64,000 nt of DNA from an uncultured Pseudomonadota bacterium (GTDB lineage Bacteria > Desulfobacterota > Syntrophorhabdia > Syntrophorhabdales > CAYQXL01). Each line of letters begins with the position of its first letter. The stretch's first letter is position 1. Made by a program: the position numbers and the translations under genes. Location: positions 13,602 through 77,601 of the forward strand of contig CAYQXL010000002.1 in assembly GCA_964421445.1 (NCBI GenBank), in the 5' to 3' direction. This document shows, piece by piece, positions 9,945 through 18,659 of this stretch. Under the pieces are notes generated by a model, which worked only from the letters and a program-made list of their open reading frames with translations, was not told the DNA's origin and searched no databases.

Positions 9945-11315
9945 ATGGATAAAGGGACGATAGAGAAGATCATTGGCATAGTAGGAAAGGAGAATGTTTC
10001 CTCTGTTCCGGAAGACCGCAAGTGCTATTCGTACGATGCACGAACAGACGGGGTGGTTCCCGATCTTATCGTCTTTCCCTCATCGGCCCGTGATGTATCG
10101 GAAATACTCAAGCTTGCCAACAAAGACCGTTTTCCCGTGATCCCCAGGGGTCAGGGGACGGGCCTCACCGGAGGATCAATTCCGTTGAGTGGAGGCGTGG
10201 TGCTTGTCTTCTCCCGGATGAACCGTATTCTCGAGATTGATACAGAGAATCTGATTGCCATCGTTGAGCCCGGCGTCATCACCTTCGATCTCCAGCAGGA
10301 GGCGGCTAAACAGGGTCTCTTCTATCCCCCCGACCCTGCATCGTACAAATATTCCAGTATCGGCGGCAACGTGGCTGAGTGTGCCGGTGGACCCAATTCA
10401 CTCAAATATGGTGTGACACGGGACTATGTGCTCGGTCTCGAGGTAGTCAGGCCGACAGGCGAGATTCTCAACGTCGGTGTCAGGACCATGAAAGGGGTCG
10501 TCGGGTATGATCTTACCAGGCTTTTTGTAGGGAGCGAGGGAACCCTCGGGGTAGTGACGAAGATCATCATGAAACTGATTCCCCTTCCCGAGGCAAAAGC
10601 GACAATACTTGCCCTTTTCAGCGAGGTTGAAGAAGCCGCCGGGAGTGTTTCTGCCATTATAGCGGCGAAGGTTGTGCCGTCGACCATTGAATTTATGGAC
10701 CGGGCTTCCATTATGTGCAGCGAGAAAGCATCGCCGATGGGTCTGCCCGAGGGTATCGGCGGATTGCTTCTGATCGAGGTCGATGGAGACAGGGAGTCGA
10801 TCCGTTCCCAGGTGGCCAAGGTAACGGCAATTCTCGAGGAGAACAAGGTTGTCCGGTGTGATGTGACCCAGGATCCTGCTGAAGCGGATAAGTTGTGGCA
10901 GGCCCGAAGGGTTCTCTCACAGGCGACATACAACCTCAATCCGGTAAAGATCGCCGAGGACGTTGTTGTTCCCCGGTCAAATATCCCGAGACTTATCCGG
11001 GCACTCGAAGCGATGGAGAAGAGATTCGGTGTTCCAATCCTCAGTTTCGGACATGCCGGTGACGGAAATTTTCATGTGAGCATTATGATCAAGGATACCA
11101 CTGAGGACCGGGAGCGCGCCGAAGAGGCTGTAAAGGAGCTTTTCAGTGAGACGATCCGTTTAGGTGGCACACTCTCCGGTGAGCATGGAATAGGGACGTC
11201 CAAAGCGCCCTATCTCGCCATGGAACTCGATCCTGATACGATGGAGACCATGAAGCAGATAAAACGGCTTCTTGATCCGAACAATATCCTCAATCCGGGA
11301 AAGATCTTTCCTTAA
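9945..11315 (+). CDS. FAD-linked oxidase, GlcD/D-lactate dehydrogenase family
   Basis: 456 aa. FAD_binding_4 pattern (VVFPSSARDVSEILKLA..., PRGQGTGLTGG) and C-terminal GEHGIG. No glcE/glcF partner is adjacent. Confidence 0.85.
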   Translation: MDKGTIEKIIGIVGKENVSSVPEDRKCYSYDARTDGVVPDLIVFPSSARDVSEILKLANKDRFPVIPRGQGTGLTGGSIPLSGGVVLVFSRMNRILEIDTENLIAIVEPGVITFDLQQEAAKQGLFYPPDPASYKYSSIGGNVAECAGGPNSLKYGVTRDYVLGLEVVRPTGEILNVGVRTMKGVVGYDLTRLFVGSEGTLGVVTKIIMKLIPLPEAKATILALFSEVEEAAGSVSAIIAAKVVPSTIEFMDRASIMCSEKASPMGLPEGIGGLLLIEVDGDRESIRSQVAKVTAILEENKVVRCDVTQDPAEADKLWQARRVLSQATYNLNPVKIAEDVVVPRSNIPRLIRALEAMEKRFGVPILSFGHAGDGNFHVSIMIKDTTEDRERAEEAVKELFSETIRLGGTLSGEHGIGTSKAPYLAMELDPDTMETMKQIKRLLDPNNILNPGKIFP

Positions 11316-12070
11316 TACTCGATCCGTATTCCGCAATTGATGCAGAAACGGGCTTCAGGGCTGTTCCTGGTTCCGCACCGCGTACAAAAGGGCCCGGTCT
11401 GGGGAATCGAAGAGGATGATGACACATTGGGTGGGGTCGAAGGATCTTTTTTTCTTCTTTTCCACAGCACCGTGGCGAGAATGAAGAGTACGGCGAGACA
11501 GGCCGCAATCAGTGAGGCAATGCGGATGACGGGGGAAGAAAAGACCGATTCAGAGGACCGGACGGAAAGAACCGTTCCCTGGTTGAATCCCTGAAGATTC
11601 CACCGTACCTCCCGCGAGGAAATCTTTGTGCCGTTGGTTGAGGTGATGACGCCGGGCATTCGGACATTCAGTTCATAGGGGAAGGGCATCTGGGAGTTTG
11701 CTATCTGACGGATATCGAGACTGAATGACCCGGTGAGGACGGTTCCTCTGTCGGAGACAAAGATATATTCCATGTTTTTGTCGTTTATTTCCGTGATCGC
11801 CCGAAACGGCCGCCCGAAAATGATCATATGTTTGCCGTCGGTGTCTTTCTCCCCAATGAGGCTCCATCCTGCCGGTATGTCCGATTTCACCTTTGGAGTG
11901 AGTTGCTGAACCCACTGACTCTGAATGGCGAGTTCAAGCTCTGTGTCGCCGGAACCATCGGGGTTCAGCCGTATGGTCTGCCGTATCTCGATACATGATG
12001 AGAGAAGGAGCACCGGCGAGACAACAAGAAGAAGGAACAGAAGCGATGATACAGGGAAAGGCCTCTTCAT
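11312..12070 (-). CDS. lipoprotein-like membrane protein with C-terminal cytoplasmic zinc ribbon
   Basis: The ATG at 12070 overlaps the upstream stop as ATGA. It has a signal peptide with lipobox LLSSC, a domain of about 190 aa, one TM segment (VIRIASLIAACLAVLFILATVLW), then FCTRCGTRNSPEARFCINCG. Confidence 0.7.
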   Translation of the reverse strand: MKRPFPVSSLLFLLLVVSPVLLLSSCIEIRQTIRLNPDGSGDTELELAIQSQWVQQLTPKVKSDIPAGWSLIGEKDTDGKHMIIFGRPFRAITEINDKNMEYIFVSDRGTVLTGSFSLDIRQIANSQMPFPYELNVRMPGVITSTNGTKISSREVRWNLQGFNQGTVLSVRSSESVFSSPVIRIASLIAACLAVLFILATVLWKRRKKDPSTPPNVSSSSSIPQTGPFCTRCGTRNSPEARFCINCGIRIEY

Positions 12071-12585
12071 TCCTGTTCTTTTCCGCACCGGGGGCAAAAG
12101 CGGCCGCTCGGGGTCAGTTCGGCTGAACAGGCCGGACAGGTTCTGGTCTCTGTCCGCACCGGCCGGGCCTTGTCCTGCTCAGCGGTGAGGTCGATCCCTT
12201 TGCCGCATTTTCCACAGAATTTGGCGCTGTCGGGGAGTTCTGCGCCGCACTCGCAACGATGGGCTGTCCTGACAGTCCCCTCGGTCTGTTCGTCTGCTTC
12301 CCTGTTGATATTGGCGATTTCCTTTTCCCGTTCAATGATCTGGTCGTCAAGGCCTTTGACCGCCCGACACTTCGTCTCAACAAGGCTTTGATCCAGACTC
12401 CCTCCGGCTGTATATGCATCATAGACCGATTTACCGAGTTCTTCAAAGGCTGTCTTTCGCTGTCGATCGAGAGCATCGATTTGGTTGCGGATTTTCTGCG
12501 TCTCGATAAGCTGTCTCGATTTGACGCTCACTGTGGTAATACCCTTATCGATGCTGTCCCTGATCTTGTCGAAGAAATCGGTCAT
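12067..12585 (-). CDS. soluble coiled-coil protein with two zinc ribbons
   Basis: The ATG at 12585 is preceded by GGGAGG. The N-terminal half is predicted helical/coiled-coil (MTDFFDKIRDSIDKGITTVSVKSRQLIETQKIRNQIDALDRQ...). It is followed by CECGAELPDSAKFCGKCG and CPACSAELTPSGRFCPRCG. Confidence 0.7.
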   Translation of the reverse strand: MTDFFDKIRDSIDKGITTVSVKSRQLIETQKIRNQIDALDRQRKTAFEELGKSVYDAYTAGGSLDQSLVETKCRAVKGLDDQIIEREKEIANINREADEQTEGTVRTAHRCECGAELPDSAKFCGKCGKGIDLTAEQDKARPVRTETRTCPACSAELTPSGRFCPRCGKEQE

Positions 12586-12602
12586 CGTGGCCTCCCTGGG
12601 TC

Positions 12603-13190
12603 TCAGAACCGGGCACCGCATATGTTGCAGAACGCGTTGTCTCGAGGATTTGAAGCACCGCATTGGGTGCAGAACTTCGCCGAAGATGGCGCGGGGGATG
12701 GACCAGCCGTGAAAAGGGGAGATCCCTTCAGAAGGAGAAGATTATAGCCCAAGGCGGCAATAAAGAACAGAAATGCGAGATAATAGCCGATTCCATAGTC
12801 GATCTGAATGATAACGGCTATTTTCGAGGCTTCGTTACTAATCCTGTAGCGAAGAATGACAAGCAGGATTGCTCCGAGGCCTCCTGCGGCTGCGGAAACC
12901 ACATGGGCCGTTCTTCCCTTCAGGCTGCCGGCAATCATACCGAGTACTGTGATGATGAGCGTAATGATTGCCACCGGCTCACCCCTGATTTTTCGCGACT
13001 CCCTCCCCTGAATCTGGGGCATGGTCTGGCCGAAAATTCTGGGCTGTTGGAACGTTGTCCCTGTAGAAAGCTGAAAACCGGACATGGAGACAATCTTCTG
13101 GCCCTGACAGGAGAGGTTGATCCAGGGGAGGAAGAAACAGAGGAGGGTAAGGATAAAGATTGCCGGCGAAATATAGCTCCATTTCATCAT
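12603..13190 (-). CDS. four-TM membrane protein with C-terminal zinc ribbon
   Basis: The ATG at 13190 is preceded by GGTGGGGG. It has hydrophobic segments and then KFCTQCGASNPRDNAFCNICG at the C-terminus. First gene of the trio. Confidence 0.7.
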   Translation of the reverse strand: MMKWSYISPAIFILTLLCFFLPWINLSCQGQKIVSMSGFQLSTGTTFQQPRIFGQTMPQIQGRESRKIRGEPVAIITLIITVLGMIAGSLKGRTAHVVSAAAGGLGAILLVILRYRISNEASKIAVIIQIDYGIGYYLAFLFFIAALGYNLLLLKGSPLFTAGPSPAPSSAKFCTQCGASNPRDNAFCNICGARF

Positions 13191-13368
13191 AACCCCCACC
13201 GTTTATGCTCGCCGGTGTATCTACGACCGTTGCCAGACGAGGAGAGCAGTCTCTGTCATATCCGGCGCTGGTAAAAAGTATCCGACATTGGGCGGAAGGA
13301 TGTCAACCCAATTCATTGTTCGCCGTCTCTGTGAGGCGACCGTTTCCGGGCTTGTCTGTGCTCTGGTT

Positions 13369-14556
13369 TTACCGGTACAGGTGTTCCCGTGTCAGTGGGA
13401 GTTCATTGTGAATGCCATTGGAGAAGAGAATCTGGTAGAGTCTCAGCTTGCCCCACCGGAAGGCTCCGGCGCTCCCCTGAAGAAAAAGCCGCCACATTCT
13501 CAGAAGAGCCGCATCGAAGATGGCTTCGACCTTACGACCGTTTGTCTCAAGTCGTCTGGCCCATTCATCGAGTGTTGCGGCATAGTGGAGGCGAAGGTTT
13601 TCGATGTCCAGGGGAACGAGTCCGTTCTGTCCCATAAGACGGACGACGTGATCGAGGACCGGGATATATGCCCCGGGGAAAATATATTTCATTGTCCACG
13701 GATCACCGGCTGTATCAGTTTCCTTGCCGACTGTGTGCAAGAGACCCAATCCCTGAGGCTTGATCAGCCCTACTATTTTTGACATGAACTGGGGAATAAA
13801 CCTTTTACCCACATGTTCAAACATTCCGATGGAAACCAGTTTATCAAACTGGCCGCTGAGGTTTCTATAGTCACCCTGAATGATTGTGACCTGGTCGCCC
13901 AGGCCATCCTTTTCGATCATTTCCCGGGCATAGGCTGCCTGATTCGGCGAGAGGGTACATCCTGTGCCCCTGATACCCCTTGTTCTGGCGGCATAGCGGA
14001 GCATCCCGCCCCAGCCGCATCCGATATCGATGAGCCTTTCACCTTCGGCAAGGGAGAGCTTTCTGCAGATGTGTTCGTATTTTTGCTGCTGAGCTCTCTC
14101 GAGCGTGTCATCGGGGCACTGGAAATAGGCGCATGAATACGTCATGCTCTCGTCAAGGTAGAGTTTGTAGAAATCGTTTCCCAGGTCGTAAGCCCGGGCG
14201 ATGTTTTTTGGTGATCGTCCCACCGTGTTCAGTGACGTGATATGGTGAGCTGCGAGAGAAATCTTTGTACCCAGCGAGACGTTCAGATCCTGAAAGCGCG
14301 GATCAAGTCCGAACCGGATAAGCTCACCAAAGTCACCTTCCACCTCGATGGTGCCGGCAACATATTCTTCACCAAACCCGAGAGAACCGCGGGAGAGGAC
14401 ATTCTTTATAGCGTTGTCGGTCAGGAAATTGAGAACAAAAGAGGGCTCTCCTGTTCCAAATCTCAGGATCTGCCCGTCAGGAAACCTGATATGGAAAGAG
14501 ATATCAGGAAATCTGGCGCTAAGTTCGTTCAGCAGTTTTTGAAGGGTTTTCTTCAT
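13369..14556 (-). CDS. cfa: cyclopropane-fatty-acyl-phospholipid synthase family SAM methyltransferase
   Basis: 395 aa. CMAS-family pattern (YDLGNDFYKLYLDESMTYSCAYF, LIDIGCGWGG, SIGMFEHVG). Confidence 0.9.
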   Translation of the reverse strand: MKKTLQKLLNELSARFPDISFHIRFPDGQILRFGTGEPSFVLNFLTDNAIKNVLSRGSLGFGEEYVAGTIEVEGDFGELIRFGLDPRFQDLNVSLGTKISLAAHHITSLNTVGRSPKNIARAYDLGNDFYKLYLDESMTYSCAYFQCPDDTLERAQQQKYEHICRKLSLAEGERLIDIGCGWGGMLRYAARTRGIRGTGCTLSPNQAAYAREMIEKDGLGDQVTIIQGDYRNLSGQFDKLVSIGMFEHVGKRFIPQFMSKIVGLIKPQGLGLLHTVGKETDTAGDPWTMKYIFPGAYIPVLDHVVRLMGQNGLVPLDIENLRLHYAATLDEWARRLETNGRKVEAIFDAALLRMWRLFLQGSAGAFRWGKLRLYQILFSNGIHNELPLTREHLYR

Positions 14557-14697
14557 CCCTGCCCCAAAAAAAACCTACACAAAGCAGAGTAATTTGTCAA
14601 TCGTTTTAGCGATGAATATGTGACAAATTAAGGGTGGCCCTGAAGCACTGTGACTATGATATACTGAAGCCAGACCGAAACGGGAGGAGATGACCGG

Positions 14698-15726
14698 ATG
14701 AAAGCTATGCTGCTCACTAAGGTGGCTGATCTCAACGAGACTCCTGAGCCTCTTGTGTTGGCTGATGTACCCATTCCCCAACCGAAAGACCGGGAGGTAC
14801 AGGTCCGGGTTTTTGCCTGCGGTGTGTGCCATACCGAACTCGACGAGATTGAAGGACGGACGCCTCCCGCTTTCTTTCCAATGATCCTCGGCCATCAGGT
14901 GGTAGGAGAGATCACGGCCCTCGGCCAAGGGGCGACGAGGTTTAAAAAAGGTTCCCGGATTGGTGTTGCATGGATCAATGCTGCCTGCGGTTCCTGTCTC
15001 CACTGCAGAAATGGTCTCGAGAATCTCTGTACCGCGTTTGTTGCGACGGGAAGAGATGTGCCCGGAGGGTATGCAGAGTATATGACGGTGTGCGAGGATT
15101 TTGTCTATCCCATTCCTCAGTCCTTCTCTCACGTGGAAGCCGCTCCTCTTTTATGTGCCGGAGCTATCGGATATCGTTCCCTTCGTCTCACGGGAATGAC
15201 TGATGGAGAAACGATAGGATTGGTCGGTTTCGGTGCCTCGGCCCACCTTGTTATTCAAATGATCCATTTTCAGTTTCCCTCTTCAAAGATCTTTGTCTTT
15301 GCCCGGAGCGAAGCAGAGCGTGTTTTTGCCCGCAGTATCGGAGCTGCATGGACGGGAGACATGACCGAGACTCCTCCTGAGAGCCTCCGGTATGCAATTG
15401 ACACAACCCCTGTCTGGCGGCCCGTTGTTGAGGCGCTTAAGAACCTTGACAGGGGAGGGAGGCTGGTGATCAATGCCATAAGGAAAGAGGACAGTGATAA
15501 AAGCTCACTTATGGATATAAACTACCAGGATCACATATGGCTCGAGAAAGAGATTACCAGTGTTGCCAACATCACCCGTCGTGACGTGACCGAGTTCCTC
15601 GGCCTTGCAGCGGCCATACCGGTGAAACCGGAGGTGCAGATCTATGCCCTTGAAGATGCCAACCGGGCCCTCATGGAGATCAGAGAGAGAAAAATTCGGG
15701 GTGCCAAGGTGCTCGTGACCTGCTGA
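14698..15726 (+). CDS. zinc-dependent alcohol dehydrogenase
   Basis: 342 aa. GVCHTELDEIEG catalytic Zn motif, CGSCLHCRNGLENLC structural Zn motif, GFGASAHL NAD loop. SD GGGAGGAG. Confidence 0.9.
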   Translation: MKAMLLTKVADLNETPEPLVLADVPIPQPKDREVQVRVFACGVCHTELDEIEGRTPPAFFPMILGHQVVGEITALGQGATRFKKGSRIGVAWINAACGSCLHCRNGLENLCTAFVATGRDVPGGYAEYMTVCEDFVYPIPQSFSHVEAAPLLCAGAIGYRSLRLTGMTDGETIGLVGFGASAHLVIQMIHFQFPSSKIFVFARSEAERVFARSIGAAWTGDMTETPPESLRYAIDTTPVWRPVVEALKNLDRGGRLVINAIRKEDSDKSSLMDINYQDHIWLEKEITSVANITRRDVTEFLGLAAAIPVKPEVQIYALEDANRALMEIRERKIRGAKVLVTC

Positions 15727-15742
15727 GCACGATTTGGAGGTA

Positions 15743-15771
15743 TTGACAGTGGTGGTTGCCTGGGTTACGAT
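15743..15771 (+). promoter_or_regulatory. candidate sigma70 promoter of the DUF948-to-pmbA operon
   Basis: TTGACA, 17-nt spacer, TACGAT, about 27 nt upstream of the ATG at 15798. Confidence 0.4.
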
Positions 15772-15797
15772 GTATTCAAGCTCAAAAGGGGGTTCAC

Positions 15798-16187
15798 ATG
15801 AGTTCAGTCTTTCTGGGGCTTATTACGGCATCAGTGATTGTGGTGGCGGTCTATGTGGTGTTTCTCGTCATAGAGGTAAAGGGTTTTGTCAGGAACACGC
15901 AGGAAACCCTGGGGAGACTGGAAAACAGTATTGAGCCAACCCTTGCGGAGCTGAGAATTACGCTTAACAGCGTCCACGGTCTCGCGGACAATATTAACGA
16001 TATAACCGATGACGTCCGGTCCGTATCCAGTTCTGTCCGGGAGGTAGGAGAGAATGTCCGGAACGTGAGCCGCTTGATAGGGTCGTTTTCGTCGGTCCCG
16101 GCAGTAGAAGGTGCTGCGATACGGGCAGGAGTCAAGGCTGGTGTGGGCTTTGCGCTGAAAAGCCTGCTATCGAGAAAGCTACGATAA
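15798..16187 (+). CDS. DUF948 domain membrane-anchored protein
   Basis: Internal ATG preceded by AAGGGGG. One N-terminal TM segment, then a helical repeat region (TLGRLENSIEPTLAELRITLNSVHGLADNINDITDDV) typical of DUF948. Confidence 0.7.
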   Translation: MSSVFLGLITASVIVVAVYVVFLVIEVKGFVRNTQETLGRLENSIEPTLAELRITLNSVHGLADNINDITDDVRSVSSSVREVGENVRNVSRLIGSFSSVPAVEGAAIRAGVKAGVGFALKSLLSRKLR

Positions 16188-16211
16188 TAGATCAGAGACG
16201 AGGAGGTTATC

Positions 16212-16526
16212 ATGGGAGAGGAGAACAGGGGATTCGGACCAGGAGCAACGTTGCTTGCATTTTTTCTGGGAGGCGTCGTAGGCGCCGGCGTGGCATTGTT
16301 GGTTGCACCGGCATCGGGCCGTGAAACGCGGAGAATGATCAAGGATCTTTCGGAAGATGCGAAGGAAAGGACCGAGCACTATCTTGACGAAGTAAAAACG
16401 AAGGCAGCAACGGTTGTAGAGAAGGGCAAAGGATTTATCGAGGAAAAGAAATCGGTCTTCTCCAAGGCTTTTGAGGCAGGGAAGGACGCATACGATCAGG
16501 AGAAGGATAAGCTCAGCGAATCGTAA
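16212..16526 (+). CDS. YtxH domain protein
   Basis: 104 aa. GATLLAFFLGGVVGAGVALLVAPASGRETR is the YtxH signature. SD GAGGAGG. Confidence 0.75.
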   Translation: MGEENRGFGPGATLLAFFLGGVVGAGVALLVAPASGRETRRMIKDLSEDAKERTEHYLDEVKTKAATVVEKGKGFIEEKKSVFSKAFEAGKDAYDQEKDKLSES

Positions 16527-17622
16527 CAGGGAGAAGGCGGAAAGCCAGGTCGTATTTTTGCATAGAAGATATTCGGACAGCCGATTCTATTTCATCGTTC
16601 TTGTTGCCATTGCCATTCTCCTCGGCTATCTGAGTTACCAGATACTGAAGCCTTTTTTTTCTGCCATAGCATGGGGCATCGTTTTTACGATGCTCTTTTA
16701 CCCTCTCTACCGCCTTCTGCTCGGGCGGGTCAAAAAGGCTTTTGTAGCATCGCTTCTTACACTCTGTGTGATTCTTATACTGATTCTCGGTCCTTTTTCG
16801 TACATGACCTATGTCATAGCCCAGGAAGCGGAGGCGGCCCTTAAAACCGCCCAGGCCGGTCAGTTCGATCCCTTCAGGACATTTATGGAGAATCCCTACA
16901 CAGGGAAGATTATCACCCGCGTTTTAACAACCTTCTCCATAAATGTCGCCGATCTTCAGCAGACTGTCGTGGCGGGGATCTCGAAATTCAACAGCGAAAT
17001 TCTCACAAAGGTTACAGCCGGGGTGGGGAACATCATCTCCTTCGGATTTGACTTTGTGCTCATGGTTCTCGTTGTCTTTTTTCTTCTCGAGGATGGGCCG
17101 GCGTTCCTTACGAAGTTTGGCGATTTTCTCCCTTTTTCCGGTGAAGAAAAGAGGAGATTGATCGAGCAGATACGGGGGATCGTCGTATCCACCATATACG
17201 GCGGTGTTACGGTTGCCCTTGTTCAGGCTTTGATCGGAGGCTTTGCTTTTCTCTTTCTCGGTATTCCCTCGCCGGCCCTCTGGGGGATGGCCATATTTCT
17301 CACGTCCTTCATTCCTGTTGTGGGAACGCTTGTAATCTGGGGGCCTGCAACGATTTATCTTCTCCTTCACGGTGCTTTCGGAAAAGCCCTGATTCTTGTC
17401 CTTGTCGGTATATTCGGTATCAGTATGATCGATAATATCCTGAGACCTCTTATTGTAAAGGGGCGAACAAGACTTCCCACACTTCTCATTTTTCTGAGTA
17501 TCCTGGGGGGGATAAAGTTTTTCGGTTTTATCGGGTTGATCCTCGGGCCTCTGGTTATTGCCGTATTTATCTCGGTTCTCGAAATGTTTCGATATGCCGA
17601 AGATGAGCGTATCATCCCGTAA
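16471..17622 (+). CDS. AI-2E family transporter (PerM/YhhT-like permease)
   Basis: Polytopic. ILKPFFSAIAWGIVFTMLFYPLY and the C-terminal GGIKFFGFIGLILGP pattern fit this family. The ATG at 16471 overlaps ytxH by 56 nt, so a downstream TTG (16558) is an alternative start. Confidence 0.82.
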   Translation: MRQGRTHTIRRRISSANRNREKAESQVVFLHRRYSDSRFYFIVLVAIAILLGYLSYQILKPFFSAIAWGIVFTMLFYPLYRLLLGRVKKAFVASLLTLCVILILILGPFSYMTYVIAQEAEAALKTAQAGQFDPFRTFMENPYTGKIITRVLTTFSINVADLQQTVVAGISKFNSEILTKVTAGVGNIISFGFDFVLMVLVVFFLLEDGPAFLTKFGDFLPFSGEEKRRLIEQIRGIVVSTIYGGVTVALVQALIGGFAFLFLGIPSPALWGMAIFLTSFIPVVGTLVIWGPATIYLLLHGAFGKALILVLVGIFGISMIDNILRPLIVKGRTRLPTLLIFLSILGGIKFFGFIGLILGPLVIAVFISVLEMFRYAEDERIIP

Positions 17623-18659
17623 TGCCCCCCGACGACCGTCTCTATTTCACCGGCGATCTCCGGACAACCGCCATGGGAATACTCCCACACCGTGATGTGG
17701 ACGAAGCTCTTGCCACGGCATTGTCGGTGGACATCCCTTTCTGGCCCCAACTGCCCATGGTCTCGTTTAACGAAGACATGTATGTCCAGGCCATGGAACA
17801 TTTTCCCGGCGTTGTTATCGACCGGGACCAACGGCGGATCTTTGTCGAGACGGGCCGGTTCATCGATGAACTTGCCCCTGCTCTCGACAGGTGGGATGAC
17901 CCGGGTTTTTTTTCTCCATCCTTGTCCCCCCATTCGTCCTACCGCCGGTTTATGGAAGCCGATCTTTCCTCTTATGCGGCCATCAGGGGACAGATGATGA
18001 GTCCTGTCAGCCTGGGCCTCAAAATTATGGATGAGAAGGGGAAGCCCATAGTATATAATGATGAGATCCGGGGTTTCCTGTTCACATTCATCCAGATGAA
18101 GGTAAACAGGCAGTACCATGAGTTGAAGGAAAAGAACCGGGCCGCTTTTGTGTGGCTTGATGATCCGGGCCTTGAGTTTATATTCAGTGCTCTGTGCGGA
18201 TACGATCCGGTTTTGGCGAAGAGGGAAATGTCCGAGTTTCTTGACGGTCTCGAAGGTCCGCGAGGCATCCATCTCTGCGGACGTCCGGACTGGGATTTTC
18301 TTTTGTCTCTGGATATCGAACTCCTCTCATTCAACGCCTATGCCCACGGTGATGTATTTGCAACCTATGACAGGGTTGCACGTTTTTTTGATGACGGCCG
18401 GATGATCTCGTGGGGGATTGTCCCTACGGTCCCGGAGGAGATTTCAGGTGAAAATGTCGCCCGTATTGCCGGCCGGCTCGAAGGGATGTGGCTCGAAGTG
18501 GAAAAGAGAGGTGTCTCCCGGGAGAGAATTGTCCGAAACAGCCTCCTCGCCCCTGCCACCTGTAACCTTGCCAATCCTGACAAGACGGCGACCGTCGAAC
18601 GATCGTTCCGTCTTCTTAACGATGTTTCACAGTACCTTCGGGGGAAATTGAGATTATGA
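17622..18659 (+). CDS. MetE-like (cobalamin-independent methionine synthase / URO-D fold) Zn protein, function unknown
   Basis: 345 aa. TTAMGILPHRDVDEAL resembles the TT.IGS.PR start of the MetE catalytic domain. IHLCG (HxC) plus a later APATCN could be Zn ligands. The start overlaps the upstream stop (TAATG). Confidence 0.45.
   Translation: MPPDDRLYFTGDLRTTAMGILPHRDVDEALATALSVDIPFWPQLPMVSFNEDMYVQAMEHFPGVVIDRDQRRIFVETGRFIDELAPALDRWDDPGFFSPSLSPHSSYRRFMEADLSSYAAIRGQMMSPVSLGLKIMDEKGKPIVYNDEIRGFLFTFIQMKVNRQYHELKEKNRAAFVWLDDPGLEFIFSALCGYDPVLAKREMSEFLDGLEGPRGIHLCGRPDWDFLLSLDIELLSFNAYAHGDVFATYDRVARFFDDGRMISWGIVPTVPEEISGENVARIAGRLEGMWLEVEKRGVSRERIVRNSLLAPATCNLANPDKTATVERSFRLLNDVSQYLRGKLRL

Noticed and set aside
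11312-11315. Overlapping convergent stop codons (TTAA) of the GlcD-like gene and the zinc-ribbon lipoprotein gene. Similar convergent overlaps occur at 22869-22882 and 57905-57918.
   Set aside because: This is a real sequence feature, but most simply a by-product of tight gene packing. There is no evidence of a regulatory role.
16471-16557. The 56-nt overlap between ytxH and the AI-2E permease ORF as a programmed frameshift or fusion.
   Set aside because: Both reading frames are intact with their own stops. The overlap disappears if the permease starts at TTG 16558, so this is a start-codon ambiguity, not recoding.
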